Assembly (NCBI GenBank): GCA_951406725.2
Contig: OX597838.1
Span: forward strand, 9,734,001 to 9,798,000
Origin: Octopus vulgaris
Lineage: Eukaryota
DNA: 64,000 nucleotides
Reading direction: 5' to 3'
Under the pieces are notes generated by a model. That model ran no database searches. It was not told the DNA's origin and worked only from the letters and a program-made list of their open reading frames with translations. A program made the translations under genes and the position numbers. Of this stretch, positions 1 through 38,095 are shown piece after piece (position 1 is the first letter of the stretch; each line of letters starts with the position of its first letter).

Positions 1-890
1 TGTGTGTATGTCTGTGTGTGTGTATATGTTTGTGTGTATGTGTGTGTGTTTGTGTTTGTACGTGTGTGTCCGTGTATGTGCATGAGTGTGTGTTCATGTC
101 CCTGTGTGTGTCCGTGTGTGTGTGTGTGTGTGTGTGTGTCCGTGTGTGTGTGTGTGTGTGTCTGTGTGCGTGCGTGTGTATGTTTGTCTTATGTACTAAA
201 ATATACTGTCGCTAAAACAGGCTGAATTTCCAGTCAGTCATGCCAAATCATCGACGCCCAAACTGCTGCGCCCAATTGCTTCATTCTGGATCCGCATTTC
301 GTATTCCTGTCAACGAATACTTAGAAACGACAATGATAGGACGTTTTGCATCAAACGCAAACCACCGAATACATTTAACCGTAAATACTTCAACAGAGAG
401 AAGGGTTAAAGTTTCCTTTCAATAACGATAAGATTAAAGAATGACTTAGAAAGAGAAACAGCATTCTGAAATGTACGTGACTTTCGCATTGCAGATGTAC
501 GTAAAGCAATGTGAAATCAATTGTGACGCTTCTATTTACTAAGAACATTGACAGGGCGTGAAAGCCAGCCTGGTCACAAAATACTGTTTCTCGAGAAACT
601 CGATACGTGTTAGAAGTGTAATAATGGCACAAAACTAAACAAAATAAAATGAAAGCTGAAAAGAAAATATCAAATTTTCTTCGAAGAAAACATCTAATTT
701 CGAAATAAAGTTGAAGTAGCCAAAACGAAGAACTTAATCCAATAATTCCACTTTTAATATTAAACGAAGAATTTATATTAACTGCTCTGTATCAAATTAC
801 ATTTTCTTCCATATAACGACGGAATTAAGAAATAACGATGACCTACTTTTGGTGTTAGTAGTTTTGCAAAAACAACCAAACTTATGAATA

Positions 891-1277
891 GATAGGAAGC
901 ACTCCGTCGGTTACGACGACGAGGGTTCCGGTTGATCCGAATCAACGGAACAGCCTGCTCGTGAAATTAACGTGTAAGTGGCTGAGCACTCCACAGACAC
1001 GTGTACCCTTGACGTAGTTCTCAGGGATATTCAGCGTGACACAGAGAGTGACAAGGCCGGCCCTTTGAAATACAGGTACAACAGAAACAGGAAGTAAGCG
1101 TGAGAGAAAGTTGTGGTGAAATAGTACAGCAGGGATCACCACCATCCCCTGCCGGAGCCTCGTGGAGCTTTAGGTGTTTTCGCACAATAAACACTCACAA
1201 CGCTTGGTCTGGGAATCGAAACCGCGATCCTACGACCGCGAGTCCGCTGCCCTAACCACTGGGCCATTGCGCCTCCA
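891..1277 (-). mobile_element. tRNA-derived SINE, family A
   Basis: A/B-box tRNA head; 14-bp TSD CAAACTTATGAATA (877-890, 1278-1291); near-identical to 23445-23827 and 34036-34421. Confidence 0.9.
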
Positions 1278-1439
1278 CAAACTTATGAATAATGACGTTG
1301 GATCTAATTTTTTCATTCGCCAAATATGCATTTTTTTAAAAGGGAGTAGAAAATCTAATTTTACACGAGAGTTCGAACAGTCCTCAAATCTGAGTTAAAT
1401 GCGCGTAGCAAGGTGTTAGCCATTAATTCCTAAGCTGTT

Positions 1440-2726
1440 CCAGTTGCTATTTACAGTTTTAATGTGTTGAACTGGAATATGAGCGAAATAAGGAAGAATG
1501 ACAGGAAAATCCATAAGATGCACCAGCCAAAGGCAGACGCAGGTCGTCTTTACCTTCTCAGAATCCAAGGAGATCGAGGCTTGCTCCAATTTGAAATCTC
1601 TTAGAAGAAAAACACTAAAATTTGACTGGCCAAATATCTTGAAACATCTAATGAATGGATGCTAAACCTCGTTAAAAACCACGAGAAACGTAAGCTTCAT
1701 TCTGTCACGAAGGAGAGAAAAATATTTCTAGTGAGTTTAAGTATAATACCCAGGTTGAACAGCATGATTGAAGTGTGGCAACTATTGATGCAAAGAAGGT
1801 TAAATCAATGGCAAAGCAAAGAGCGTTTGAACAATTGGCTGATAGGTGGGAACAAAAACCTCAGCGTGGAAAATACGTGGCCCGTAGTAAACAAACTGAT
1901 GGACAGAAGCACACCCATTAGATTAGTGACTTCGGAGCTCAAAGCTAAAAGCAGAGAGCTTCTTGACCCGGAACTACCAAAGTGCCGATACTGCAACGAT
2001 GAGATTGAAACAGTGGACCACCAGTAGAGTATAAACCAAGACATTACAGAGTTGGCCAATATCTACACTGAATAATATGTGAGCAATATAAAATCAAAAC
2101 TGCTGACAAATTGTACAACCACCACACTGAAGCTGTAACCGAGGAAGAAAGTGTAACGATTCTTTGAGACTTTCCAGTACATACAGACCGGGTTATCAAA
2201 GCTAATAAGCCAGATATTGTTATGAAAGACAAAACAATAAAATCTGTTCATTGATTGACATGTGATCATAATATTTCGGCAAAAGAATTTGATAAGCTCA
2301 GAAAATATAAATGATTTGTTAATTGAAATCGAAAAAATGTGGCATCTCAAGACGGTTACGATACCAGTGATTGTCGGAGAACTTGGAATGATCAAAAAAG
2401 GAACTGAAAATTATTTGAGGATGTTTCCTAGCTTACCATCCATGCAATAAGGGCAAATATTTGTCTTAACAGGTATGATACGCGTATTGAGAAGAGCATT
2501 GTCGCAGTGAATTTTCTTTCCATTTTCCCCTGTATTTTCTTTGTTTTTGTTCTTTTCCTTTTTCGTTTTTTCTTTCTTCTTCCTGTCTTTCTTAACCTTT
2601 TTTCTATCACATGACTTTGTAAATGAACAATCTGGTACGTTTATTGTAATGGCCTACCAATGTATAGAGTGAGTTATTTGTCCTGAGTGTTGGGAAGACA
2701 CTCGGCAGAAAATTGAATGAAAGGAC
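1440..2726 (+). mobile_element. Decayed R4/Dong-like non-LTR retrotransposon, 3' part
   Basis: Frameshifted CRYC..ETVDH knuckle, NKPDIV, EIEKMWHL..IPVIVG restriction-like endonuclease; ends at (TAA)n. Confidence 0.75.
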
Positions 2727-2820
<94 letters not shown>

Positions 2821-2821
2821 C

Positions 2822-2850
<29 letters not shown>

Positions 2851-2852
<2 letters not shown>

Positions 2853-3259
2853 TCTCAGCGAAAGAGTTTGACAAGCTCAGAAACTATAAAGACCTACTCA
2901 TTGAAATTGAGAAAATGTGGCATCTCAAGGCGGTTACAATACCAGTGATCGTAGGAGCACTAGGAATGATCAAGAAGGGAACCGAAAATTATATGAGAAT
3001 GATCCCTGGCTTACCATCCCTGCAAGAAGTGCAAAAGATTGTCTTAACTGGTACATCACACGTATTTAGAAGAGCATTGTCGATGTGAGAACTGTTGCTG
3101 CTCATGTATTTTAATTTAACTTTAAAAAAATTTTTTTAATGAACGAACTATTGAGTTTGGTTTAATGGCCTACCAATGTATACTATGAGTTTCTTTGCCC
3201 TAGGAGTCGGGAAGACACTCGGCAAGAAATGGAAGCAAATTTGAAAGAAGGAAAAAAAA

Positions 3260-3260
<1 letters not shown>
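2851..3260 (+). mobile_element. R4/Dong-like 3' fragment between (TAA)n tracts
   Basis: ISAKEFDKLRNYKDLLIEIEKMWHLKAVTIPVIVGALGMIKK...VQKIVLTGTSHVFRRALSM*. Confidence 0.8.
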
Positions 3261-3297
<37 letters not shown>

Positions 3298-3305
3298 TGA
3301 TGATG

Positions 3306-3387
<82 letters not shown>

Positions 3388-3389
3388 TG

Positions 3390-3468
<79 letters not shown>

Positions 3469-3579
3469 TGATAATAATAATAATAATAATAATAATATAT
3501 ACACACACACATATATATATATATTCACACACACACACACATATTCAAATGCTTAATATACATTTCTTTTGCGTACGAG

Positions 3580-3678
<99 letters not shown>

Positions 3679-4170
3679 CGTGCGTGCTTGTGTTTTGTAT
3701 ATCTTTACATATATATACGTACAGGATGTCTGAAATCTACGGTCTTCGTTCGCATGCGAGTATGTACGCTACTGAAAACGCAATGATAAACTTCATAAGT
3801 TTTTTTTTGTTTTTTATGGCTTCTGTAAAGCGACGTCGACTTCCAAAAGACTTGCTGTGCAATGTCACTCACCGCTGGGTCATCGCTCAGGAGAAACTTA
3901 ATGTGAACAATGCTACTGAGATCAGCATAACATTCAAGTGTAATCATAACCACACACACGCATGGAAACGTCAAGCTAAATTATGTATAAGCTCCATCCA
4001 TCTCACTTCTCGTTGTGTCCCCTTATCACAGTATGTGCTAATGGGCGTTCCTCCCTTGACCTCAAGTGGCCTGAACTCTTTACATGAACACCACCCTGTA
4101 CTTAACTCCATGTCCCCCTACATGGCCTTGCTATTTGCTTTTGAGCCAAATTAACTAACTAACTAACTAA

Positions 4171-4202
<32 letters not shown>

Positions 4203-4247
4203 CTCTCTCTTTCTCTCTCTTTTTCTCTCTCTCTCTTTCTCTCTCAC

Positions 4248-4302
<55 letters not shown>

Positions 4303-4304
<2 letters not shown>

Positions 4305-4602
4305 GCACATGACCTAGTGGTTAAAGCAGCGGACTCGCGGTCGAGGGATCGCGCGGGTTCGAATCTCAAACTGGGCGATGTGTGTGTTTATGAGCGAAAC
4401 ACCTAAGCTCCAAGCGGCTCCGACAGATGGTAATGGCGAACTTCTGCTGACTCTTTCGCCATAACTTTCTCTCACTCTTTCCTCCTGCATCTTGCAGCTC
4501 ACCTGCGACGGACCGACGTCCCGTCCAGGTGGGGAACCTATACGCCAAGGAAACCGGGAAACCGGCCTTAATAAGCTAGGCATGGCTCGAGAAGGAACAA
4601 AC
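4303..4602 (+). mobile_element. tRNA-derived SINE, family A head with alternative tail
   Basis: 5' two-thirds resemble family A; 3' part CCTGCGACGGACCGACGTCCCGTCCAGG...GGAAACCGGGAAACC resembles 39247-39500. Confidence 0.8.
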
Positions 4603-4679
4603 GTATATATATATATCAAAAGTTAATGTCCTATAGTAACACTCAAAAAAGTATCTAATTACAGATATGTATATATATG

Positions 4680-4853
<174 letters not shown>

Positions 4854-4950
4854 ATCCAAACATGAAAACACAAAGAGAAAACACAACAACGCGAGGACGT
4901 GGAACAAGTATAGTATTGTTGGACGCTCGGGAAAGAAGGAAAGAAGGAGG

Positions 4951-4985
4951 GCTTAACGTTTCGAGCAGAGCTCTTCGTCAGAAAC
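4951..4985 (-). ncRNA. Minimal type I hammerhead ribozyme motif (Penelope-like)
   Basis: GTTT CTGACGA A GAGC tct GCTC GAAAC GTT AAGC; canonical core, palindromic stem III. Confidence 0.75.
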
Positions 4986-5104
4986 ATAGGAAAAGGAAAG
5001 ATCCAAAGAAGGGAAGACGGAGGAGAAAAAATCGCCAACGGTACACACGCGGTCACATTTTGAATATATATGTATGTATATATATATATATGTATGTATG
5101 TATG

Positions 5105-5157
<53 letters not shown>

Positions 5158-5173
5158 GTATATATATATATAC

Positions 5174-5233
<60 letters not shown>

Positions 5234-6056
5234 ATATATATATATATATACATACATGCGTGTGTGTGTGCGCGCGTATTTATATTTATATATACTAGCT
5301 GAACCCGTGAAAACTTCACGGATAACATAAAAAATGTAAGCATCTGTAATCAGTGTACTGGTGCCATGAGAAATGTTTGTATACTATGACCGTCTGTCTT
5401 TACGTTCTGAGTTCAAATCCTACTGAGATCGACTTTGCCTTTCGTCCTTTCGGGATCGATAAAGTGTCAGTTGTGTACTGGGGTCGATCTAATCAACTGA
5501 GCCCCTCCCCACAAAAATTTTAGGCCTAGTAAAGTATATCGTGACATTTACAGAATATGGAAAGTAATGTAACACCAATGACTATATAATCCAACCGAAA
5601 TATCTCAGTTACACAACGTAAACGGAATTACTATTTAACTTTAAAATACATCGTACATATTCAAAGAACCTTAATGTACAAATTGAAATGCAAAAGAATG
5701 AAATAATAAATGGATTTATGAAAGTTTGGTAATTGCGTTTATTTCCACCACGCGACACTTATTATTGCAAACAATTTTTAACTAACCTAAACTATACACA
5801 CACACAAATACATTCATATAAATATATATATATATGTCTCGAGTTGTGGCTGTAATTCAAAAGGGCCAGCCTTGTCGTATTCTGTATGAGGCTGAATCTC
5901 CCCGAGAACTACGTTAATATTATGCATGTCTGTAGAGTACTCAGCCATTTGTGAGTTAATTTTATCCTCGTGTGGTAATGAAAAGTGAAATTGACATCCA
6001 ATATTTGCTGTGTCTATGCATCTATGCATGAACTTTTCTTTGGATTTATGTATTTA

Positions 6057-6122
<66 letters not shown>

Positions 6123-6317
6123 TTTCTCTCCTTCACTTTCACTTCCTTTGTGTCCCTCATCTTTCCCGTTTTTGATTTTAAAATGTGTATATGTATCTAC
6201 GTATCTACTTCTCTTGCGATGTGATAAACATTTAAAAACACAAAACGAACGCCGTCACCACTCACTGTCTCTTTCTCTCTCCCTTTTTCTCTCTCACTTT
6301 TCTTTCTCGCTCACACA

Positions 6318-6372
<55 letters not shown>

Positions 6373-6724
6373 GCTTTAAAGTAAATGCAGCGCACACAAC
6401 AGGTACATAAAAGCAACAAGTTAGCGTATTAATATTATTGATAATGATATATATATATATATATATACATGTTTATATATACATACATATATATATATAT
6501 ATGTATGTATGCATGTATATATGTAGGTGTGTGTATGTATATACATACATGCGCGCGCTTATGTGTGTGGTTATGTGTGTGCGCATGAGAGGGTGTACAA
6601 GCTTGCGGATGGTAATGCAATTAACGTAATATTAATATTACGAAGAAAGTAAAGAATACTCGCTACATAAATGGGAGTAAATATATTATTGCTTAAATGG
6701 ATTATGTTTCCACTTTCAATTGCA

Positions 6725-7126
6725 TAGAATCGTTAGCACGCTGGGCGAAATGCTTAGCAGTATTTCACCTGCCGTTACGTTCTGAGTTCAAATTCCGCCG
6801 AGGTCGACTTTGCCTTTCATCATTTCGGGGTCGATTAAATAAGTACCAGTTACGCACTGGGGTTGATATAATCGACTGAATCCGTTTGCCTGTCCTTGTT
6901 TGTCCTCTCTGTGTTTAGCCCCTTGTGGGTAGTAAATAAATAGGTATTTTGTCTGCCGCTACGTTCTGAGTTCAAATTCCGCCGAGGTCGACTTAGCCTT
7001 TCATTCTTTCGGGGTCGATTAAATAAGTACCAGTTACGCACTGGGGTCGATGAAATCGACTGAATCCGTTTGCCTGTCCTTGTTTGTCCCCTCTGTGTTT
7101 AGCCCCTTGTGAATAGTAAAGAAATA
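6725..7126 (+). mobile_element. SINE family C, partial tandem dimer
   Basis: GAGTTCAAATTCCGCCGAGGTCGACTT...AAGTACCAGTTACGCACTGGGG occurs twice. Confidence 0.85.
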
Positions 7127-7229
7127 AGTAATCATGAGATTACGTCTCAATCGGGAAGTCTCTTGTAGAGTGTCATAACAATCCAATGAGTTCCACGATG
7201 AGGGAGTGCGTGCATGTGAAAGGAAGCAT

Positions 7230-7379
<150 letters not shown>

Positions 7380-7416
7380 AGAGAGAGAGAAAGAGATAAG
7401 GAGAAGGAGAGACAGA

Positions 7417-7469
<53 letters not shown>

Positions 7470-7590
7470 GACAGAGAGTACGTTTCTGTACTTACTCCAA
7501 GACACTTTGAAGCCCGAACAAACGAGTAACTCTGGTGTAATAGACTTTATACGAATGCATACATACACACAAAAGCGCACTCGACAATTT

Positions 7591-8076
7591 GAAGCACAGT
7601 TTCAAATCGTACATGGTCCGTTCAGAGCAACAGCAAACCTTTCTCTGTCGATTGCTACGATTTTCCTTCCTTTCTTTTGTATTTCCCTTCTTCTCTCATT
7701 TATTTCATTCTTTACCCCCAATTTCACACAACATCAACATCAGCAGCAGCAGCAGCAACAACAACAACAACTGACATTTACAAAGAAAAATTATTTCTCC
7801 GTTTCAAGAAAGAAATGGCGTTTGTCCTCGAAGGATGTTTTTATTTAGTTGGATGTTTTTTGCTTGTTTTCTGTGTTTTTTTTTTGTGTGTTTCTTTCTT
7901 TCAAAATAATATATCTCTTAGATACGTAACTCCATCTTTTAGCCTTACCTCACTCCACCCCGTTATCCCTCTTATGGCGAAACTCTTCACCCTCATCAAT
8001 TTCAAGGACATATTTCATAGATATTTCTACACTCTGCTCTCTTTTCCTCACTTCCTCTTCTTCTTCTTCTTCTTCT

Positions 8077-8123
<47 letters not shown>

Positions 8124-8206
8124 TTCTTCTTCTTCTTCTTCTTCTTCTTCTCTTCTTCTTCTTCTTCTTCTTCTTCTTCTTCTTCTTCTTCTTCTTCTTC
8201 TTCTTC

Positions 8207-8294
<88 letters not shown>

Positions 8295-8958
8295 GCATCT
8301 TTTCTTCTAACATGTGTGTGCATGTGCGTGTGTGTGTATGTGTGTGTGTACTGTGGGTGTGTGGTAAAAAGAAGAAGAATGAAGAGGAGGAAGAGAAAGA
8401 GGAGGAGGTCGACAACGACAAATGGTAGAGAAGGAGGAGGTGGAGAAGAAGAAGAAGAAGAAGAAGAAGAAGAAGAAGAAGAAGAAGAAGAAGAAGAAGA
8501 AGAAGAAGAAGAAGAAGAAGAAGAAGAAGAAGAAGAAGAAGAAGAAGAAGAAGAAGAAGAAGGAGGAGGAGGAGGATAACGGGGTGGGGTGTGGTAAGGC
8601 CAAAATATGAAGTTACGTATTTAAGGGATAATATTACTTTGAAAGAAACAAACAAAAAAATTTTAAAAAAACAGAAAATAAGCAAAAAACATCCAACTAA
8701 ATAAAAACATCCATCGAGTACAAAGAACTCGAATTTATCTCAAGGCCTTTCGCCATTTCTTTCTTGAAACGGAGAAATAATTTTCTTTTTAATTGTCAGT
8801 TGTTGTTGCTGTTGCTGCTGCTGCTGCTGCTGATGTTGATGCTGTGGGAAATTTTGGGTAAAGAATTAAATAGATGAGAGAAGAAACGAAATAGTAAAGA
8901 AAGGAAGGAAGACCGTAGCAATCAACAGAGAAAGGTTTGCTGTTGCTCTGAACGGACC

Positions 8959-8982
<24 letters not shown>
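7591..8982. repeat. Long inverted repeat (arms 7591-7968 and 8574-8982) covering the MMP upstream region and start codon
   Basis: Right arm ...ggaccATGTACAATTTGAAACTGTGCTTC is the reverse complement of left arm GAAGCACAGTTTCAAATCGTACATggtcc...; similarity continues about 380 bp. Confidence 0.93.
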
Positions 8983-31955
<22,973 letters not shown>

Positions 31956-32132
31956 AAAGAGAACTAAAGTTTTTTGTTAATTTCAACAAATATTTGGATG
32001 TCAATTAATAATTAAATCATTTCATTCGACTAGTGTTTTCTTCTTTTTCTTTTATTCTAGTACAACTGTTTTTAAAACGTCTTTATTTTTTTTTTCCGGT
32101 GGACAAGCTAAGCATCCTGGGTTTTCAGACAT

Positions 32133-32538
32133 ACTCTTTACTTGTTTCAGTCATTTGACTGCGGCCATGCTGGAGCACCGCCTTTAGTCGAGCAAATCGA
32201 CCCCAGGACTTATTATTCTTTGTAAGCCCAGTACTTATTCTATCGATCTCTTTTTGCCGAACCGCTAAGTGACGGGGACGTAAATACACCAGCATCGGTT
32301 GTCAAGCAATGCTAGGGAGACAAACACAGACACACAAACACATACATATATATATATATATATATACATATATACGACAGGCTTCTTTCAGTTTCCGTCT
32401 ACCAAATCCACTCACAAGGCATTGGTCGGTCCGGGGCTATAGCAGAAGACACTTGCCCAAGATGCCACGCAGTGGGACTGAACCCGGAACCATGTGGTTG
32501 GTTAGCAAGCTACTTACCACACAGCCACTCCTGCGCCT
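32133..32538 (-). mobile_element. SINE family B
   Basis: Full copy; the empty site is visible in the paralogous duplication unit at about 29311-29335. Confidence 0.9.
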
Positions 32539-32896
32539 GTATTTATTAGTTCTCGTAAAAGATTCCTAGTTGAGGATTTTCTACAAAACCCTTTCTCTTA
32601 AAATGTTTAAGTAAAGCACAAGAGTCACAACATGCTCCAGCATAGACACAGTCGCACGGCAGATACCATCCGGAGAACTATTTGTTTTGTTTGTTTTTCT
32701 ACTGGTGAAATAAACAAGCGGAGATGCTTTGTACCCACGAAGAAACTGCAGGAGATGCTCATAATTTTTGCAGGCTCTTCTTCTAAATCCATTGCAATGT
32801 CGAAAATATTCCCGTATCATCAGCAGATTTCTCAGATCGCATAAGTTACGTCCCTTAGCCTGTACGCTTCGACTTAATGGGACAGTAAGGATTGAA

Positions 32897-33155
32897 TTAG
32901 TATTTGCCAGCGGAAGGGTTCCACATACAGTCTCTTATCAACCACAGCCCCCTTGAACCAGTTTCATCTGCCACGTCTATCTCCTTAGTGGCTTTCTTTA
33001 GTTGTCTGGTTTCCAAACCATTCTTCAATCGGAAATAGCACACCGACTTAGATGGAAAGCCACGGCAACCGATTTCTATCAGAAATGAGGCCATGTGTCT
33101 TCCCTAAGCAAGTCTCTCGTCGACCAAGTCCTGATAGTTAGTTTCTTTCGGCTGG
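32897..33155 (-). mobile_element. HERO-like LINE C-terminal fragment
   Basis: IEIGCRGFPSKS...ADETGSRGLWLIR..W motif. Confidence 0.55.
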
Positions 33156-34035
33156 TTTAAAATACAAAATAGATTTTATTTGCTCGTTGTTGTTGTAATA
33201 TAATTAGGACAGAGAATACTGCCATGACACTTTACAGGGACTCTAAAACTGACAGAAAGGGGGAAGGAAAGTATCTTCAAACCGGAGACTTACTTTGCAG
33301 CAGAATACTTGAAGCACAATGAACTCTCTGCCGAACGTAACCCAAGATACCAGGAAGTGGTGTGATGATGGTGGTGGTGAACGGGGTGACTTAAGTCTAC
33401 CATCATTATCATCATTTAATGCCCGTTTTCCATGCTGGCACGGGGTGGACGGTTCGACAGGAACTGGCAAGCCAGAGGGCTGCACCAGGCACCAGTTTTG
33501 GGATATTTCTACGGCTTGATGCCCTTCCTAACGCCAATCACTTTACAGAGCGCACTGGGCGCTTTTTACATGGCATCATCAGTGCTGTTTGATGTGGCAT
33601 CATCATCATCATCAGTGGGGGTTTTTTTACGTAATATCTACGGTTCTTATTACCTGGCACCAGCACCAATGTTTTTACATGGTACCAGTGCTTTTTGATG
33701 TGGCACCATCATCAGTGCTGGTCTGCATTAAAAGAAAATAATGAGGAATCCTTCAAAAATATTATGAAGTAAAACTGAAATGTAATGAAAAAAGGCGATG
33801 CGTACCCTGCACACAGATAAATTTTTTCGCAAATTACAATGCGTTGCTTGCCATTGCTTTTTAATTGAACTTAATTAAGCTTTGTAAGTGTTTGACTAAA
33901 CTTGCTTATCGGAAAATTTGTAAGTTCGATTTTTCTTTTTTAAATATCACATTAAGAAATCAACTCGTAAATAAACGAAACCCTCGAATCTATCACTGTA
34001 CACACACAGTCGCATATCTATGTATGTATTTATGT

Positions 34036-34421
34036 GGATGGAAGCACTCCGTCGGTTACGACGACGAGGGTTCCGGTTGATCCGACCAACGGAACAGCCT
34101 GCTCGTGAAATTAACGTGTGAGTGGCTGAGCACTCCACAGACACGTGTACCCTTAACGTAGTTCTCGGGGATATTCAGCGTGACACAGAGAGTGACAAGG
34201 CCGGCCCCTTGAAATACAGGTACAACAGAAACAGGAAGAAAGAGTGAGAGAAAGTTGTGGCGAAAGAGTACAGCAGGGATCACCACCACCCCCTGCCGGA
34301 GCCTCGTGGAGCTTTTAGGTGTTTTCGCTCAATAAACACTCACAACACCCGGTCTGGGAATCGAAACCGCGATCCTACGACCGCGAGTCCGCTGCCCTAA
34401 CCACTGGGCCATTGCGCCTCC
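34036..34421 (-). mobile_element. tRNA-derived SINE, family A
   Basis: TSD GTATTTATGT; full-length copy. Confidence 0.9.
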
Positions 34422-34680
34422 GTATTTATGTACTCACACGTGTCTACACGCTTAGGTACACCATGATCTAGACACACGCATATGAAAAAGAAAGTGAACA
34501 AAATGAAATAATTATAGAAATTATTGCATAGAATTTAAGAAGTATTTTCAACATCTTTCAATGATGGCAGGTGAATCAAACGTTCTGTAGTTCGTTGTAG
34601 GATATGAATAATATGACCACCTGCTTATCAGAAAATTTGTAAGCTCAATATTTTTTTTATTTTTTAAGTATCACTATTAT

Positions 34681-34852
34681 AGGCGCAGGAGTGGCTGTGT
34701 GGTAAGTAGCTTGCTAACCAACCACATGGTTCCGGGTTCAGTCCCACTGCGTGGCATCTTGGGCAAGTGTCTTCTGCTATAGCCCCGGGCCGACCAATGC
34801 CTTGTGAGTGGATTTGGTAGACGGAAACTGAAAGAAGCCTGTCTTATATATT

Positions 34853-34914
<62 letters not shown>

Positions 34915-35108
34915 TGACCCCCTAGCATTGCTTGACAACCGATGCTGGTGCGTTTACGTCCCCATCACTTAGCGGTTCGGCAAAAGAGGCCGATAGAATA
35001 AGTACTGGGCTTACAAAAGAATAAGTCTCGGGGTCGATTTGCTCGACTAAAGGCGGTGCTCCAGCATGGCCACAGTCAAAGGACTGAAACAAGTAAAAGA
35101 GTAAAAGA
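34681..35108 (+). mobile_element. SINE family B
   Basis: Full copy, same consensus. Confidence 0.9.
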
Positions 35109-35500
35109 GAGAAAGAGATAGGTATTTATACTCCGGTAAAATTAAGAAATCAACCCGTAGATAAACGAAACCCTCGAATTCATCACTGTACACACACACA
35201 CACAGTTGCATATCTATGTATGCATTTATGAATGGTTGAAGATAATCAAACCAAATTTTCGTCATTTCGGGCCATTCACCCAATGAATATTTCTGCCAAA
35301 TTTGGTGAAAATCCGTTCAGCCGTTTTCCAGAAATTTTGCAAACACACAGACAAACAGGAGTAATTACAATACCCTGCTTTCGCTTACGCGTACAAGGTA
35401 ATTTAAGTTAATTAGAAATGATACAGGTGTAAATATCGAAAGATTTAAATCAACAATTTTGCTTCAGTGATTTTTTTTTTTGCACTTTTTTCATCTTTAG

Positions 35501-35541
<41 letters not shown>

Positions 35542-35542
35542 T

Positions 35543-35939
35543 CTCTTTTACTTGTTTCAGTCATTTGACTGCGGCCATGCTGGAGCACCGCCTTTTAATC
35601 GAGCAACTCGACCCCGGGGCTTATTCTTTTGTAAGCCCAGTACTTATTCTATCGGTCTCTTTTGCCGAACCGCTAAGTGACGGGGACGTAAACACACCAG
35701 CATCGGTTGTCAAGCAATGCTAGGGGGACAAACAGACACACAAACACACACACGCATATACATATATATATGTACATATATACGACGGGCTTCTTTCAGT
35801 TTCCGTCTACCAAATCCACTCACAAGGCTTTGGTCGGCCCGGGGCTATGGTAGAAGACACTTGCCCAAAGGTGCCATGCAGTGGGACTGAACCCGGAACC
35901 ATGTGGTTGGTAGACAAGCTACTTACCACACAGCTACTC
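35543..35939 (-). mobile_element. SINE family B
   Basis: Inverted relative to 34681-35108. Confidence 0.9.
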
Positions 35940-36375
35940 AATAGTCTTCTTTTTTTTTAAATTTGGAATTGACAACCTTGGTCCCAGGATATGTCCAGTT
36001 AACACTACTCTGAGTAACACTACCCCTTCCAAGGATCACGCCCCCACCTATATCTACAGGCACCCTGAAAATACCCTATCTGCTTACTGGCCCCCACGAT
36101 GCTCAGCATGTTGTAGGGTCTGCAAAAAGAGGGACTTAGCTGTTAAAGTGAAACAAATTTAATTTTGAAACAGATAGGAAAAAAATTTGAAATTAAAAAC
36201 GATTATGAAAAAAATTAAATTAAAAAATTGTTTTTATTTTTTCGCTTTGTTTTTATTTTATTTTGTTTCATTATTATTTTTTCTTTCCTTTTTTTTTTTC
36301 GCTTTTGATGAGAGGCTTCAGCCAACGGTTGAATGGAACAAGCCAGCAAGTGAATGCTTTTGCAATTTAAGAAAT

Positions 36376-37280
<905 letters not shown>

Positions 37281-37664
37281 TGTATTCATTCATGCGTGTT
37301 TACCTTTCGCTGCTTGCCATTTATTAGAAAGTATAACAGAGACACTTGAATCAAAAGGAAGGAAGGAAAGCTGAGAGAGATGGGGTGGGGCGGGCGGGGG
37401 GGGCGGGAGAGGAGAGACTGCAAGAGTGAGAAGGAAAATAGCAGATGAAGAAATAAGGAAGAGAATCCAAAGTCACAGTCTTCAGCAACAAGATAGTGCC
37501 AACAATCACACCAAAATCAAAACAAATATCTGCAAATCCCTATCATTCCCCCGGACTCCCTTAAACCACCCCCACCGCCACACCCAACCCCACCCTACAT
37601 CACCTCCACCCGAAGAAGGTTGGGGGTGAGGTTGGGGGGGGGGGGAAGGGGTTGAGTCAGTACT

Positions 37665-38095
37665 TACTCTTTTACTCTTTTTACTTGTTTCAGTCATTTG
37701 ACTGCGGCCATGCTGGAGCACCGCCTTTTAGTCGAGCAAATCGACCCCGGGACTTATTATTCTTTGTAAGCCCAGTACTTATTCTATCGGTCTCTTTTGC
37801 CGAACCGCTAAGTGACGGGGACGTAAACACACCAGCATCGGTTGTCAAGCAATGCTAGGGGGACAAACACAGACACAAACATACACACAAATACATATAT
37901 ATACACATATATATATATATATACATATATACGACAGGCTTCTTTCAGTTTCCGTCTACCAAATCCACTCACAAGGCATTGGTCGGTCCGGGGCTATAGC
38001 AGAAGACACTTGCCCAAGATGCCACGCAGTGGGACTGAACCCGGAACCATGTGGTTGGTAAGCAAGCTACTTACCACACAGCCACTCCTGCGCCT
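37665..38095 (-). mobile_element. SINE family B
   Basis: Full copy. Confidence 0.9.

Noticed and set aside
7677-8685. Poly-F/S/E/K/L ORFs
   Set aside because: Trinucleotide tracts inside the inverted repeat; no splice or domain support.
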